From: a virus
Taxonomy: Duplodnaviria; Caudoviricetes
Direction: 5' to 3' (one strand)
IMG/VR virus record: IMGVR_UViG_3300026088_000016
Span: 8,251 to 72,250 of that record
DNA length: 64,000 bases
In this document: positions 1 to 7,930 of the stretch, piece after piece
Layout of the letters: every line of letters starts with the position of its first letter
Numbering within the stretch: the first letter of the stretch is position 1
Translations under genes and position numbers: made by a program
Notes under the pieces: model-generated
The model's input: only the letters and a program-made list of their open reading frames with translations
Told to the model about the DNA's origin: nothing
Databases searched by the model: none

Positions 1-2
1 TT

Positions 3-128
3 GCGCACGAACTCGCGCACCTGCGGCACCAGAAGCACGACTCTGCTTGGCTGAAACTTTACGCGAACATTCTGGCGGGGCTGTCGAGCACCAAGGTTCT
101 CCAGAAAATAAAACGATTACGGAAATGA
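3..128 (+). CDS. C-terminal fragment of HExxH zinc metallopeptidase (5' end outside window)
   Basis: Frame 3 from the edge reads AHELAHLRHQKHDSAW...RLRK*. Stop overlaps next ATG (ATGA 125-128). Not in ORF track. Confidence 0.7.
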   Translation, partial: AHELAHLRHQKHDSAWLKLYANILAGLSSTKVLQKIKRLRK

Positions 129-343
129 GCCGGAGAGACAAGCTTTTTCTGGTGGGGTGGATGTCCGCCCGGCTCGGGGAATTAACGGTTGAATCCCGCG
201 AGGACTGGTCAGACGTATCGTTGGACGCGATAGCCCGGGCTCATCTTCGGCTGTCATACTTCCGGGAAATTTATCGGTTGAATCGTGAACTGGTGGAGGA
301 AGTTGACATCCCCGCCCCCGCGTGCTACTTTCAGGGACGATGA
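125..343 (+). CDS. hypothetical protein
   Basis: ATGA overlaps at both ends; start moved from 47 to ATG 125. Confidence 0.6.
   Translation: MSRRDKLFLVGWMSARLGELTVESREDWSDVSLDAIARAHLRLSYFREIYRLNRELVEEVDIPAPACYFQGR
303..331 (+). promoter_or_regulatory. sigma70-type promoter for recombinase
   Basis: TTGACA(303-308)-17-TACTTT(326-331) with TGn extension; ATG at 340. Confidence 0.55.
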
Positions 344-1089
344 ATGTTTTTGGTTACCTCCGTGTTTCGGGCAAAGGCCAGCTTGAAGGCGACGGCTTCG
401 ACCGTCAGCGCGACTCCATCCAGAAGTTCTGCGACTTCAAAGGCTGGCGCGTGATTCGCTGGTTCGAGGAGAAGGGAATCTCCGGCACCTACGAAATGGA
501 CGACCGGCCGGCGCTGACCGAGCTGGTCTCCCTGCTCGGCCCGGGGACCACAGACACTTTTGTCGTTGAGAATGCCGACCGGCTCGCGCGAGACCTGATG
601 GTCTCCGAGCTCATACTCGCTGATGTGAGGAAACTCAACGCCAAAGTTTTCGCCGCGGAATCGCAAATGGAGATGACCACCTGCGGAGACCCGACGCGGG
701 TGCTCATCCGACAGGTGCTCGGCGCGGTCTCCCAGTGGGACAAGTCGATGCTCGTGAAGAAACTCCGAGCGGCCCGGGACCGGAAGTCTGCCGCGGGGGG
801 CCGGCGCATTGAGGGCCCCAAGCCGTATGAGCTGCGGAGCCCGGAGGCCAAGGACGTGGCCCAGTCGATTTACGAGATGCGTGAGCGCGGGCTCACCTTT
901 TTGGAGATTGCGAATTTTCTGACGAAGAAATCAATCCCGACTCCGGAAGGAAAATCCTACTGGCTGCGGTCATCCGTCCACTCAATCTATGAACGCCATT
1001 CCCGTCGTTTTCGACGCGCCGAACCTGTCCGAGTCAATCCGGAGATGGTTGACCAAATCGGACACGTCCTGCCCCAACCCGCGGTGTAA
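340..1089 (+). CDS. small serine recombinase (resolvase/invertase family) with short C-terminal DNA-binding domain
   Basis: GYLRVS catalytic Ser motif, VENADRLARD motif, C-terminal GLTFLEIANFL...W...SV helix-turn-helix. Confidence 0.9.
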   Translation: MNVFGYLRVSGKGQLEGDGFDRQRDSIQKFCDFKGWRVIRWFEEKGISGTYEMDDRPALTELVSLLGPGTTDTFVVENADRLARDLMVSELILADVRKLNAKVFAAESQMEMTTCGDPTRVLIRQVLGAVSQWDKSMLVKKLRAARDRKSAAGGRRIEGPKPYELRSPEAKDVAQSIYEMRERGLTFLEIANFLTKKSIPTPEGKSYWLRSSVHSIYERHSRRFRRAEPVRVNPEMVDQIGHVLPQPAV

Positions 1090-1094
1090 AGATT

Positions 1095-1427
1095 ATGCCA
1101 AGCCAAAAAGACATGGAGACTTCAGCCTTACCCAAGGCTCCGGAGTCTGTGAAACCTGCAACCCCCGCCACGCCAACTGCACCTGTGCAACCTGCGGCGC
1201 CAGCTACTACGTCGAGTGTTGCCCCGTCGGCGGACAAGTTCCGCGATGACTGCATCGTTCTCATTCTGAGCCCCAAGGGCACGGTTCACCCGATGGTGAA
1301 CAAGCCCGGCGGAGCTCCCGGCGCGCGTATCTTCGAGAACTCGGACGCGGCGGTCTCGGAGGTGCTGTCAAACAAAATCGCATCCACGAACCCATTCGCC
1401 ATCATCCCGCTCAAGGGCCTGTTCTGA
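1095..1427 (+). CDS. hypothetical protein, Pro/Ala-rich N-terminus
   Basis: ORF in operon context. Confidence 0.6.
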   Translation: MPSQKDMETSALPKAPESVKPATPATPTAPVQPAAPATTSSVAPSADKFRDDCIVLILSPKGTVHPMVNKPGGAPGARIFENSDAAVSEVLSNKIASTNPFAIIPLKGLF

Positions 1428-1519
1428 TGTCGATTGGTGCCATGTTGACTCTCGCTTTAATTCTCCTCTGCGTTGCCGTGCTGTTGATGAACAGCGACCG
1501 GGGGAATTCGGATGAGTAA
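1427..1519 (+). CDS. 30-aa single-TM peptide
   Basis: MSIGAMLTLALILLCVAVLLMNSDRGNSDE*; TGATG overlap; below ORF-track cutoff. Confidence 0.5.
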   Translation: MSIGAMLTLALILLCVAVLLMNSDRGNSDE

Positions 1520-1739
1520 GGTAATCTACGGGACGACCGAGCTCGCCACACCGCGGGCGGTCGCCGACCGGTTGGAGGAGATGAATCTCAGCGCTAAAGG
1601 CAAGAAGGATGCGTGGAGTGCTTTTCTTGCCGGGCAGGTTTTCGCGGTGGTGAATAAACCCAGCGGTCGGTATTACTCCGGATTCACGAAGAGCTCGGCT
1701 GTTGGCAGGACTTTACAGAAGCTCTGCCGCCCGAGTTGA
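1512..1739 (+). CDS. hypothetical protein
   Basis: ORF in operon context. Confidence 0.55.
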   Translation: MSKVIYGTTELATPRAVADRLEEMNLSAKGKKDAWSAFLAGQVFAVVNKPSGRYYSGFTKSSAVGRTLQKLCRPS

Positions 1740-1763
1740 CATCGGCTCCTCGGCCGGCATATT
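1736..1763 (+). promoter_or_regulatory. promoter
   Basis: TTGACA-16-CATATT, ATG at 1773. Confidence 0.55.
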
Positions 1764-1772
1764 GTCGTTGAA

Positions 1773-2051
1773 ATGTCTGTTACAATCAACCTTAGCTGGC
1801 CGGCTAACCCCGGGTCCGAGTTCGTCAACAAGTATGAAGTCCGCGAGTCGAGAGACGGCGGAGCATTCAACCTCATCGCCAACGTGACTACCCCCGCACA
1901 TCAGATTCTCAATCCTCTGCCCGGCGCCTACCGCTGGAAGGTGCGTGCTGTGAATTTCGTGGGCACTGGTCCTGACGGCAACGTCGCTGATGGTCCGAGC
2001 CAAGTTCCGACGGCGCCCGGGGACATCACCATCGAAATCATTGTCGCGTAA
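1773..2051 (+). CDS. fibronectin type III domain protein (possible virion decoration)
   Basis: LSWPA...YEVRES...YRWKVRAVNFVGTGP Fn3 pattern. Confidence 0.75.
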   Translation: MSVTINLSWPANPGSEFVNKYEVRESRDGGAFNLIANVTTPAHQILNPLPGAYRWKVRAVNFVGTGPDGNVADGPSQVPTAPGDITIEIIVA

Positions 2052-2515
2052 TGAATTCTTTTCTTCGAGCAATTGGCGGGTTCGGTCTGGCTCTCGTGAT
2101 GCTGGTCGGTTGCGTGACCAACCGCACTCCGCTTACGCCGGAGCAAAAGATTGACCGTCTCGCTGCGACGCTGCGGATTGCCGTCAGCTCCGCCGTGACG
2201 GTCGCCACGGAAGACCGGAAGCCCGAGACGCGCGAGAAAATCGCGCTGGCCCGGAGTCTGGTCAACGGGGTCCTCACGTCTGGCGACTTGTCGCCGGAGA
2301 AGATTGTCGAGTCTCTTACGCCGCTTCTTCGCGACGCGAAACCGGAAGTCCGGCTCGCTGCGACGACTGCGTTGAGCTTGATGGAAGTTTACTTCATGGA
2401 TTACGTGGTTCCCCTGCCGGAAGGTGAGGGCGCCGTGAACGCCAAGAAGTTTTTGAGCGCGGTGGTTGCCGGCATTGACGAAGGTCTAAAGTTGGCGCCC
2501 CCGGTAGTTCAGTGA
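2051..2515 (+). CDS. lipoprotein of unknown function
   Basis: Hydrophobic signal ending in lipobox LVGC. Confidence 0.7.
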   Translation: MNSFLRAIGGFGLALVMLVGCVTNRTPLTPEQKIDRLAATLRIAVSSAVTVATEDRKPETREKIALARSLVNGVLTSGDLSPEKIVESLTPLLRDAKPEVRLAATTALSLMEVYFMDYVVPLPEGEGAVNAKKFLSAVVAGIDEGLKLAPPVVQ

Positions 2516-2582
2516 TACGTTAGTTTAGCTCACCCGCCATGTGCGGGAAGAGATACCGGAGTCGCTCGCGACTCCAGTCAAT

Positions 2583-2660
2583 TGCGGGGTGGCGCAGTCT
2601 GGTTAGCGCGTCAGCCTCATAAGCTGAAGGTCGCCGGTTCAAATCCGGCTCCCGCACCCA
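2583..2660 (+). tRNA. tRNA anticodon CAT (elongator Met or Ile2)
   Basis: Full cloverleaf: TGCGGGG/TCCCGCA acceptor, GCGC/GCGC D stem, TCAGC-CTCATAA-GCTGA, GCCGG-TTCAAAT-CCGGC, encoded CCA. Confidence 0.95.
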
Positions 2661-2774
2661 ACTTCTCGTTCCCCTAAAGGGGCGATAGGGTTCATGTGAG
2701 TCGAACACGAATTCACGTCACCCTCCGGTGTCCAGCCCGGCGAATTGGCCCCGATAGCGGCCTGTCCAATTTGT

Positions 2775-2844
2775 GGGCTCGTAGTTTAACGGAAAACACC
2801 CGGCTTTGACTCCGGGGACAGCGGTTAGAACCCGTTCCAGCCCG
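2775..2844 (+). tRNA. atypical tRNA-Gln(TTG)
   Basis: GGGCTCG/CCAGCCC acceptor (one C-C mismatch), GTTT/AAAC D stem, CTTTGAC loop, T arm AGCGG-TTAGAAC-CCGTT; followed by CC but no CCA. Confidence 0.75.
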
Positions 2845-2850
2845 CCTTGT

Positions 2851-2923
2851 GCCACTGTGATGCTTGGAGCCGACTGGAACTCCAAATCCCGGTGACAGGG
2901 TTCAATTCCCTGCGGTGGTGCCA
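2851..2923 (+). tRNA. atypical tRNA-Trp(CCA) with degenerate D arm
   Basis: GCCACTG/CGGTGGT acceptor, CTCCAAA loop, CAGGG-TTCAATT-CCCTG T arm, G73 and encoded CCA. Confidence 0.7.
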
Positions 2924-2927
2924 TTTT

Positions 2928-3080
2928 GCGGTAACTCAGACTCAAGGCCGACGATGCTTCTCCTCTGCGGAGGATGAATACCCGGCGAAGCGGAGTAGTT
3001 ATTGAGACCGTGACCGGGTAGTGGGCGGGCCACTCGCGAAACCTGCGATAGTGCGTTCAAAGAAACTCCGCTTCTCTTTT
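2928..3080 (+). ncRNA. candidate structured ncRNA downstream of tRNA cluster
   Basis: Several long-range helices including a 10-bp GAAGCGGAGT/ACTCCGCTTC followed by a T-rich tract; no credible ORF. Confidence 0.45.
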
Positions 3081-3210
3081 AGCACGGAAACTCTGTATGA
3101 CGGAGGCGTGGCAGTGCGCAAGCCACGGCAGGTTGAAAACCGCTCTTGCAAGGACGGTGAGTATCGAAGAATCCTATGCTGGCTAATACCCAGCTCCATG
3201 CACCCTTTCG

Positions 3211-4068
3211 ATGTCCAAGTCAGCTCTGCTTTGGGTCACTTACAAAAAGGACCTGCCGTTCTTCGAGGCCAGCCTACGCTCCTACCAAAAGTTTGCGTCA
3301 GGCTTTGCCTACGCAAAAGTCATCGTCCCCCTTGATGACGTCCCGGACTTCCAGAAAATCTGTGACCCCGCGGGCGTAATCGTCGCTGGAATCGGCGAAC
3401 CGCCGGGCAAGGGAATGCTCATGCACATGGCGATGCAGATGCTCGGGGAGACTCATTTTCCAGCCGACGCCGGCTTCATTTTTCATATCGACGCGGACTG
3501 TGTTTTCAATCAGCCCACAACCCCGCAGGATTATCTCCCCGGAGACAAACCCATCATCTCTTTCCGAAACTGGGACAAGCTCCTGTCCCGGCCGGTGGAG
3601 CAGGATGAAGTGCAGACGTTCATGGGATTCACCGGGCGCACCATCGACTTCAACCGCGGCGCGTATCTCTGGAAGTTTGCGGCCGACTTCGCACTCGGAT
3701 TCGCGTCGCAGCGGCAGACCATGACCCAGATGCCCATCGTGCATCGGCGGGAGACCTACGCGCGGGCGCGGGCAATTATCCAGCGCCGGTTCAACACCGA
3801 CATCATCTCGCACGTTCTCCAAGGGCGGAACGAGTGGCCGCAGACGTTCTGCGAGTTCGAGACGCTCGGCACGGTGGCCCATCGTTATTTTCAGGACCGC
3901 TATCACTGGCATGAGCTCGACGTGCAGGGAACTTACCCGGTGCGGAACGTGACGCAGACGTGGTCGCACGGCGGACTCGACGCGACGGTCGAGCATGGCC
4001 GGCCACAAATCATTGCGGGGGTTCATCGTTCTCCGCGGGAATACTTCACCTCGCTGGGACTCCTATGA
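3211..4068 (+). CDS. GT-A-fold glycosyltransferase-like protein (paralog 1)
   Basis: FHIDADCVF DxD motif; N-terminal beta-alpha LLWVTY..DL; shares WSHGGLD with 4571-5398. Confidence 0.7.
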   Translation: MSKSALLWVTYKKDLPFFEASLRSYQKFASGFAYAKVIVPLDDVPDFQKICDPAGVIVAGIGEPPGKGMLMHMAMQMLGETHFPADAGFIFHIDADCVFNQPTTPQDYLPGDKPIISFRNWDKLLSRPVEQDEVQTFMGFTGRTIDFNRGAYLWKFAADFALGFASQRQTMTQMPIVHRRETYARARAIIQRRFNTDIISHVLQGRNEWPQTFCEFETLGTVAHRYFQDRYHWHELDVQGTYPVRNVTQTWSHGGLDATVEHGRPQIIAGVHRSPREYFTSLGLL

Positions 4069-4574
4069 ATGTGGTCCATAGCGTAAGCTTCCCTCGAAGC
4101 GGACACAGGTTCACCACGGAACTTTTGCAGGCTTACTTCGGGCCAGCGCTGGTGTATTCGGGAGAGCCCGCCCCGCCGGAGGCAAATTTCATCAAGCATC
4201 ACGACCAAGATGGCGCTCTGGAGGTTGACCCGAACGGACACTATCTGGTTCAGGTTCGCGACCCGTTCGACGCGGTCTGGTCGTGGTATAAGATGACGGT
4301 GGACCTCGACGGGATTCCGGACACCATTCAATCCTACCGCGGAATTTTCTTGGAGAAGCTGGACTATTGGACGGGGTTCATGCGGAAGTGGGTTCTCTCG
4401 GACCTTCCGAATCGGGTCATCGTGAAGTATTATGACCTTGTCACCCATCCGGCCAAATCCCTTCGTCGCGTCCTCCCGCTGTTCGGGGAATACCCGGACC
4501 GGGCCCGTGTAGAGAAGGCGGTGCGGGAAGTAGCGGTGATTGAACGTCGCACTCCAAATTTTTATTTGCAATGA
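4065..4574 (+). CDS. PAPS-dependent sulfotransferase
   Basis: 5'-PSB loop SFPRSG and 3'-PB motif VRDPFDAVWSW; ATGA overlap fixes start at 4065. Confidence 0.8.
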   Translation: MNVVHSVSFPRSGHRFTTELLQAYFGPALVYSGEPAPPEANFIKHHDQDGALEVDPNGHYLVQVRDPFDAVWSWYKMTVDLDGIPDTIQSYRGIFLEKLDYWTGFMRKWVLSDLPNRVIVKYYDLVTHPAKSLRRVLPLFGEYPDRARVEKAVREVAVIERRTPNFYLQ

Positions 4575-5398
4575 GCTCACACCAAATCCTTATCGCATCC
4601 TACGCGCGCGACTTCATCTGGCTCGAACCAAACCTGAAGTCGCTGCAAAAATTCTGCGTCGGCTTTCTCCCGCCGGTTATCTCGGTCGATGGTCAGGATT
4701 TCTTCGCCGCGAAGAAAATGGTGGACCGACTTTATCCGGGCGCGACGGTGGTCCAGAAGGACGGGCGCCGCGGGCAGGGATTCATGCGGGCGCAAATCTC
4801 CATGATGCAGGGCGACCTGCTTTGTCCGAACGCGGACTTCGTCTATCTCGTCGGCTCCGACTGCATCGCGTGGACCCGGTTCGCGCCGGAGACGTATCAA
4901 TACAACGGGAAGCCGGTGATGCTCTACAACTCCCGGAAGTATTTTGAGGACGCGCACGCGGGGCACCCGATTCAGTGGATGGACAGCACCGCGCAGATTC
5001 TCAAGTTCCCGGTCAACGGGGAATACATGCGCCGGCTCCCCATCGTTTACCCGAAGGAGCTTTTCAAGCCGGTCCGCGACCACGTCGCCGCGGTGAACGG
5101 GATGGGCTTCGAGGACTACATCTACAAGCGGAACTCGGAGGGCGGGCCCGTCTCGGAGAGCAACATTCTCGGAGCCTTTGCTTGGGAGAAGATGCGGAAC
5201 CTCTATCACTGGATGCACGCTGATGGGAACGAAGAGTATGCGAATTATCGCCGGGACTTTCCAGACCCGCTCATTCAGTTCTGGAGCCACGGCGGACTCG
5301 ACCGGCCGGCCGAGGCGTGCATGAACTACTCCCACGGAAACACGCACGGGAAATCCCCGCGGCAGGTGATGAAGGACATCCTCGGAAACGACTTGTAA
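4571..5398 (+). CDS. GT-A-fold glycosyltransferase-like protein (paralog 2)
   Basis: LVGSDCI at DxD position; colinear similarity to 3211-4068. Confidence 0.65.
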   Translation: MSSHQILIASYARDFIWLEPNLKSLQKFCVGFLPPVISVDGQDFFAAKKMVDRLYPGATVVQKDGRRGQGFMRAQISMMQGDLLCPNADFVYLVGSDCIAWTRFAPETYQYNGKPVMLYNSRKYFEDAHAGHPIQWMDSTAQILKFPVNGEYMRRLPIVYPKELFKPVRDHVAAVNGMGFEDYIYKRNSEGGPVSESNILGAFAWEKMRNLYHWMHADGNEEYANYRRDFPDPLIQFWSHGGLDRPAEACMNYSHGNTHGKSPRQVMKDILGNDL

Positions 5399-7308
5399 TG
5401 GCGCTCCCAAAAAATTCAGCGCAGCGACTTCTCGTCAACCGGGTCTCAGAACGGTTGCACTCCGATGACTACTTCGGGGCGGCGAAGATTTACGCGGAGT
5501 TCGTCCGCCAGTCCACGACGATTCTTCCGCCGGTAGAGACCAAGGAGCAGGCGACCATGATGCTCTCGACGCTCCTGCATTGGTGTCTTGAAAACAACGG
5601 ATACGAAGAAGCGGCGCAGCTACTCTGGGGCCCGACTCAATTTGACCCGCGGTCCGACGCGACTCAGCGGGTGTGGAAAGCGTTTGAAGAGTCCGACCTG
5701 TTCATGCTGATGGGCGCGGGCTCAATGTCGAAATCCTACTCGATGGGCGTGCGTCTTTTTCTGGAATGGATAAGAGACCCCGAGCACACGCACATCAAAG
5801 TCGGCGGTCCGAGTGAGAACCATCTCAAGGAAAATTTGTTCAACCATCTGGTTGCGCTCCATCGCCAGTCCACCATCCCGCTCCCGGGCAAAGCACAGGA
5901 CCTGTTCATCGGGCTCGACTCCAAGGCCCGTAAGGGTGCAATCTCCGGGGTAGTGATTCCGCTCGGGCAGAGTGGCGCCGGCCGGTTGCAGGGTGTGAAG
6001 CGCGTGAATCGGAAGAAGCCGCACCCCGTCTTCGGGAAGATGACGCGGCTGTTCATTTTTCTGGACGAAATCATCAACATCCCCGACGGCATCTGGCAGG
6101 ACTTGGACAACGCGATGTCCCAGATTGACGGCACGCACACCGCGAAGATTGGTGGCGCGTTCAACCCGACCGACCAGTCGAGTGAAGCGGCCAAACGCTG
6201 TGAGCCCGTCGAGGGCTGGGGCAACTTCGACCCCGAGACGCATTTCGATTGGATTTCTAAACGCGGATGGCGGGTGTGCCGGCTGGACGCAGCGCGTTGT
6301 GAGAATGTGCTCCAGAAGAAACAAATCTTCTCGGGGTTGCAGACGTTCGAGGGTTTGCAGGCGCTCATCCTGAACTCTGGCGGCACGGACTCGGCCGGCT
6401 ACTGGGTGATGGGCCGCGGATGTTTCCCGCCCTCTGGAACGTCGATGTCGATTATCCCGCAGGGGATGCTCAACGCCTTCAAAGCGGAAATCATCTGGTA
6501 TGATGAACCGTCCCCGGTCGGCTCGGTTGACTTGGCACTCGAAGGCTCTGACACCGCCATCTTCTACAAGGGCCGGTTTGGTCTGGCCACTGGTGTAATC
6601 TTCCCGCCGTCGCTCCAGTTCCCGAACGGGCAGACGGTCATGTTCAAGGACCATAAAGGAAACAAGCGGCCCCGGCCGGTGCTCCTCGCCGAGACAAAGC
6701 TGAAGCTTCCGCGCGGGGACACGGTGGACATGAAGAACGAGATTCGCCGGGTGGCCAATACTTTTTCCATCCGCCCCGACCGGCTCGCGGTGGACCGCAC
6801 CGGTAACGGCCAAGGCGTTTACGATTTGCTTCGGTTCGAGTGGGGCGAAGTGATTGGCGTGAACTACTCGGAGTCAGCCGGCGAGACGCGCATCATGGTG
6901 GAGGACCACGATACTCCAAAAGAATTGTATCTTCGTGTGGACAGCGAGCTCTGGTTCGCGACCAGAAAATTTCTGGAGTTCGGATACGTTTACGGCGCGG
7001 CCGGGCTTCCGACCGAGGAGTTGTTCCCGCAGCTCACCGGGCGCCAGTTCCGGATGCAGGGCAAGCGGGCGCGCGTGGAAAGTAAGCCAGACTACAAGTC
7101 CCGCAACGGTGGAAAATCTCCCGACGACGCGGACGGCTTCACGCTTTTGATTCACGCGGTCCGGAAGGCGTTTGGATTCATCCCCGGGATGTCGCCGGAG
7201 AACTCGACCGAGTCGAATCCAAACTTCGATGAGGACTACGGGGCCGACGTCCGAATCTCCGTGGACAACCGGTTTGAGGATTTGGATGGGCCGGACCCCA
7301 ACATGTAA
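5398..7308 (+). CDS. terL: terminase large subunit
   Basis: Deviant Walker A GAGSMSKS, Walker B FIFLDE, motif C AFNP, RNase H-like nuclease acidic motifs VDLALEGSD, VDRTG, SPDDAD. Confidence 0.88.
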   Translation: MALPKNSAQRLLVNRVSERLHSDDYFGAAKIYAEFVRQSTTILPPVETKEQATMMLSTLLHWCLENNGYEEAAQLLWGPTQFDPRSDATQRVWKAFEESDLFMLMGAGSMSKSYSMGVRLFLEWIRDPEHTHIKVGGPSENHLKENLFNHLVALHRQSTIPLPGKAQDLFIGLDSKARKGAISGVVIPLGQSGAGRLQGVKRVNRKKPHPVFGKMTRLFIFLDEIINIPDGIWQDLDNAMSQIDGTHTAKIGGAFNPTDQSSEAAKRCEPVEGWGNFDPETHFDWISKRGWRVCRLDAARCENVLQKKQIFSGLQTFEGLQALILNSGGTDSAGYWVMGRGCFPPSGTSMSIIPQGMLNAFKAEIIWYDEPSPVGSVDLALEGSDTAIFYKGRFGLATGVIFPPSLQFPNGQTVMFKDHKGNKRPRPVLLAETKLKLPRGDTVDMKNEIRRVANTFSIRPDRLAVDRTGNGQGVYDLLRFEWGEVIGVNYSESAGETRIMVEDHDTPKELYLRVDSELWFATRKFLEFGYVYGAAGLPTEELFPQLTGRQFRMQGKRARVESKPDYKSRNGGKSPDDADGFTLLIHAVRKAFGFIPGMSPENSTESNPNFDEDYGADVRISVDNRFEDLDGPDPNM

Positions 7309-7316
7309 GTCGTGCC

Positions 7317-7345
7317 TTGACCGGCCCGGTCCCAAATCGCATCTT
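7317..7345 (+). promoter_or_regulatory. promoter, leaderless geometry
   Basis: TTGACC-17-CATCTT, GTG at 7352. Confidence 0.5.
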
Positions 7346-7351
7346 GTTCTC

Positions 7352-7930
7352 GTGAGCGTTCGACCCAACCCAAATCTCTATCCCGACGGCGGCTACATTT
7401 TCATCGAGGGCGATGGGACCCGCTTCCGGGGTGACAGTTGGAAGAACCTGACTTCCAAAGTGGCCGACTACCGCGCGCGGAACAATCGCCCCGCGGGTGA
7501 CCCGGAGTCAGAAATTTTCACGCAGTATTGTGTCCGGATGCCGAGTCATTGCAAGAACATGACGGCCGGCCCGGTGAAGGTAATCGACGGACATCACTCG
7601 CTCTCCCTGAACCAGAGGGTGATGCAGTTCATCTCGAACCTGCTTGAGTGGAAACGGAAGGCCGCGATTCCCCGGGTGCCCGACTCGGTTGCAGCCGAGC
7701 GCGCGGCGGTGTGTGCGTCCTGCCCGAAGCATAAACCGTTGGTGCAGACCTGCCAACAGTGCTTGAACACGGTCGCGCATGGCCGGAAGGTGATTTTGGA
7801 CGGCGCCGCGAGTCACCATCAGGGACTCCTTGCGTGTGAGGCACTTGGGGAAGATTTGCCGCTCACGGTTCACATCGAGCAGCCGGCGGTTCCGGCCGAC
7901 CGGGTCCCGTCTCATTGTTGGCGTAAGTGA
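7352..7930 (+). CDS. Cys-rich hypothetical protein
   Basis: CASCP, CQQC, C..., HCW motifs; GTG start inferred from promoter geometry. Confidence 0.6.
   Translation: MSVRPNPNLYPDGGYIFIEGDGTRFRGDSWKNLTSKVADYRARNNRPAGDPESEIFTQYCVRMPSHCKNMTAGPVKVIDGHHSLSLNQRVMQFISNLLEWKRKAAIPRVPDSVAAERAAVCASCPKHKPLVQTCQQCLNTVAHGRKVILDGAASHHQGLLACEALGEDLPLTVHIEQPAVPADRVPSHCWRK

Noticed and set aside
340-1089. IS607 element or large serine integrase
   Set aside because: No N-terminal MerR-like HTH or adjacent TnpB; too short and lacks zinc ribbon and coiled coil.
2051-2515. Unimolecular spanin
   Set aside because: Has a lipobox but no convincing C-terminal transmembrane helix, and no adjacent lysis genes.
2851-2923. 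Stop-codon recoding or suppressor tRNA
   Set aside because: Anticodon is CCA, not TCA or CTA, and core genes are intact under the standard code.
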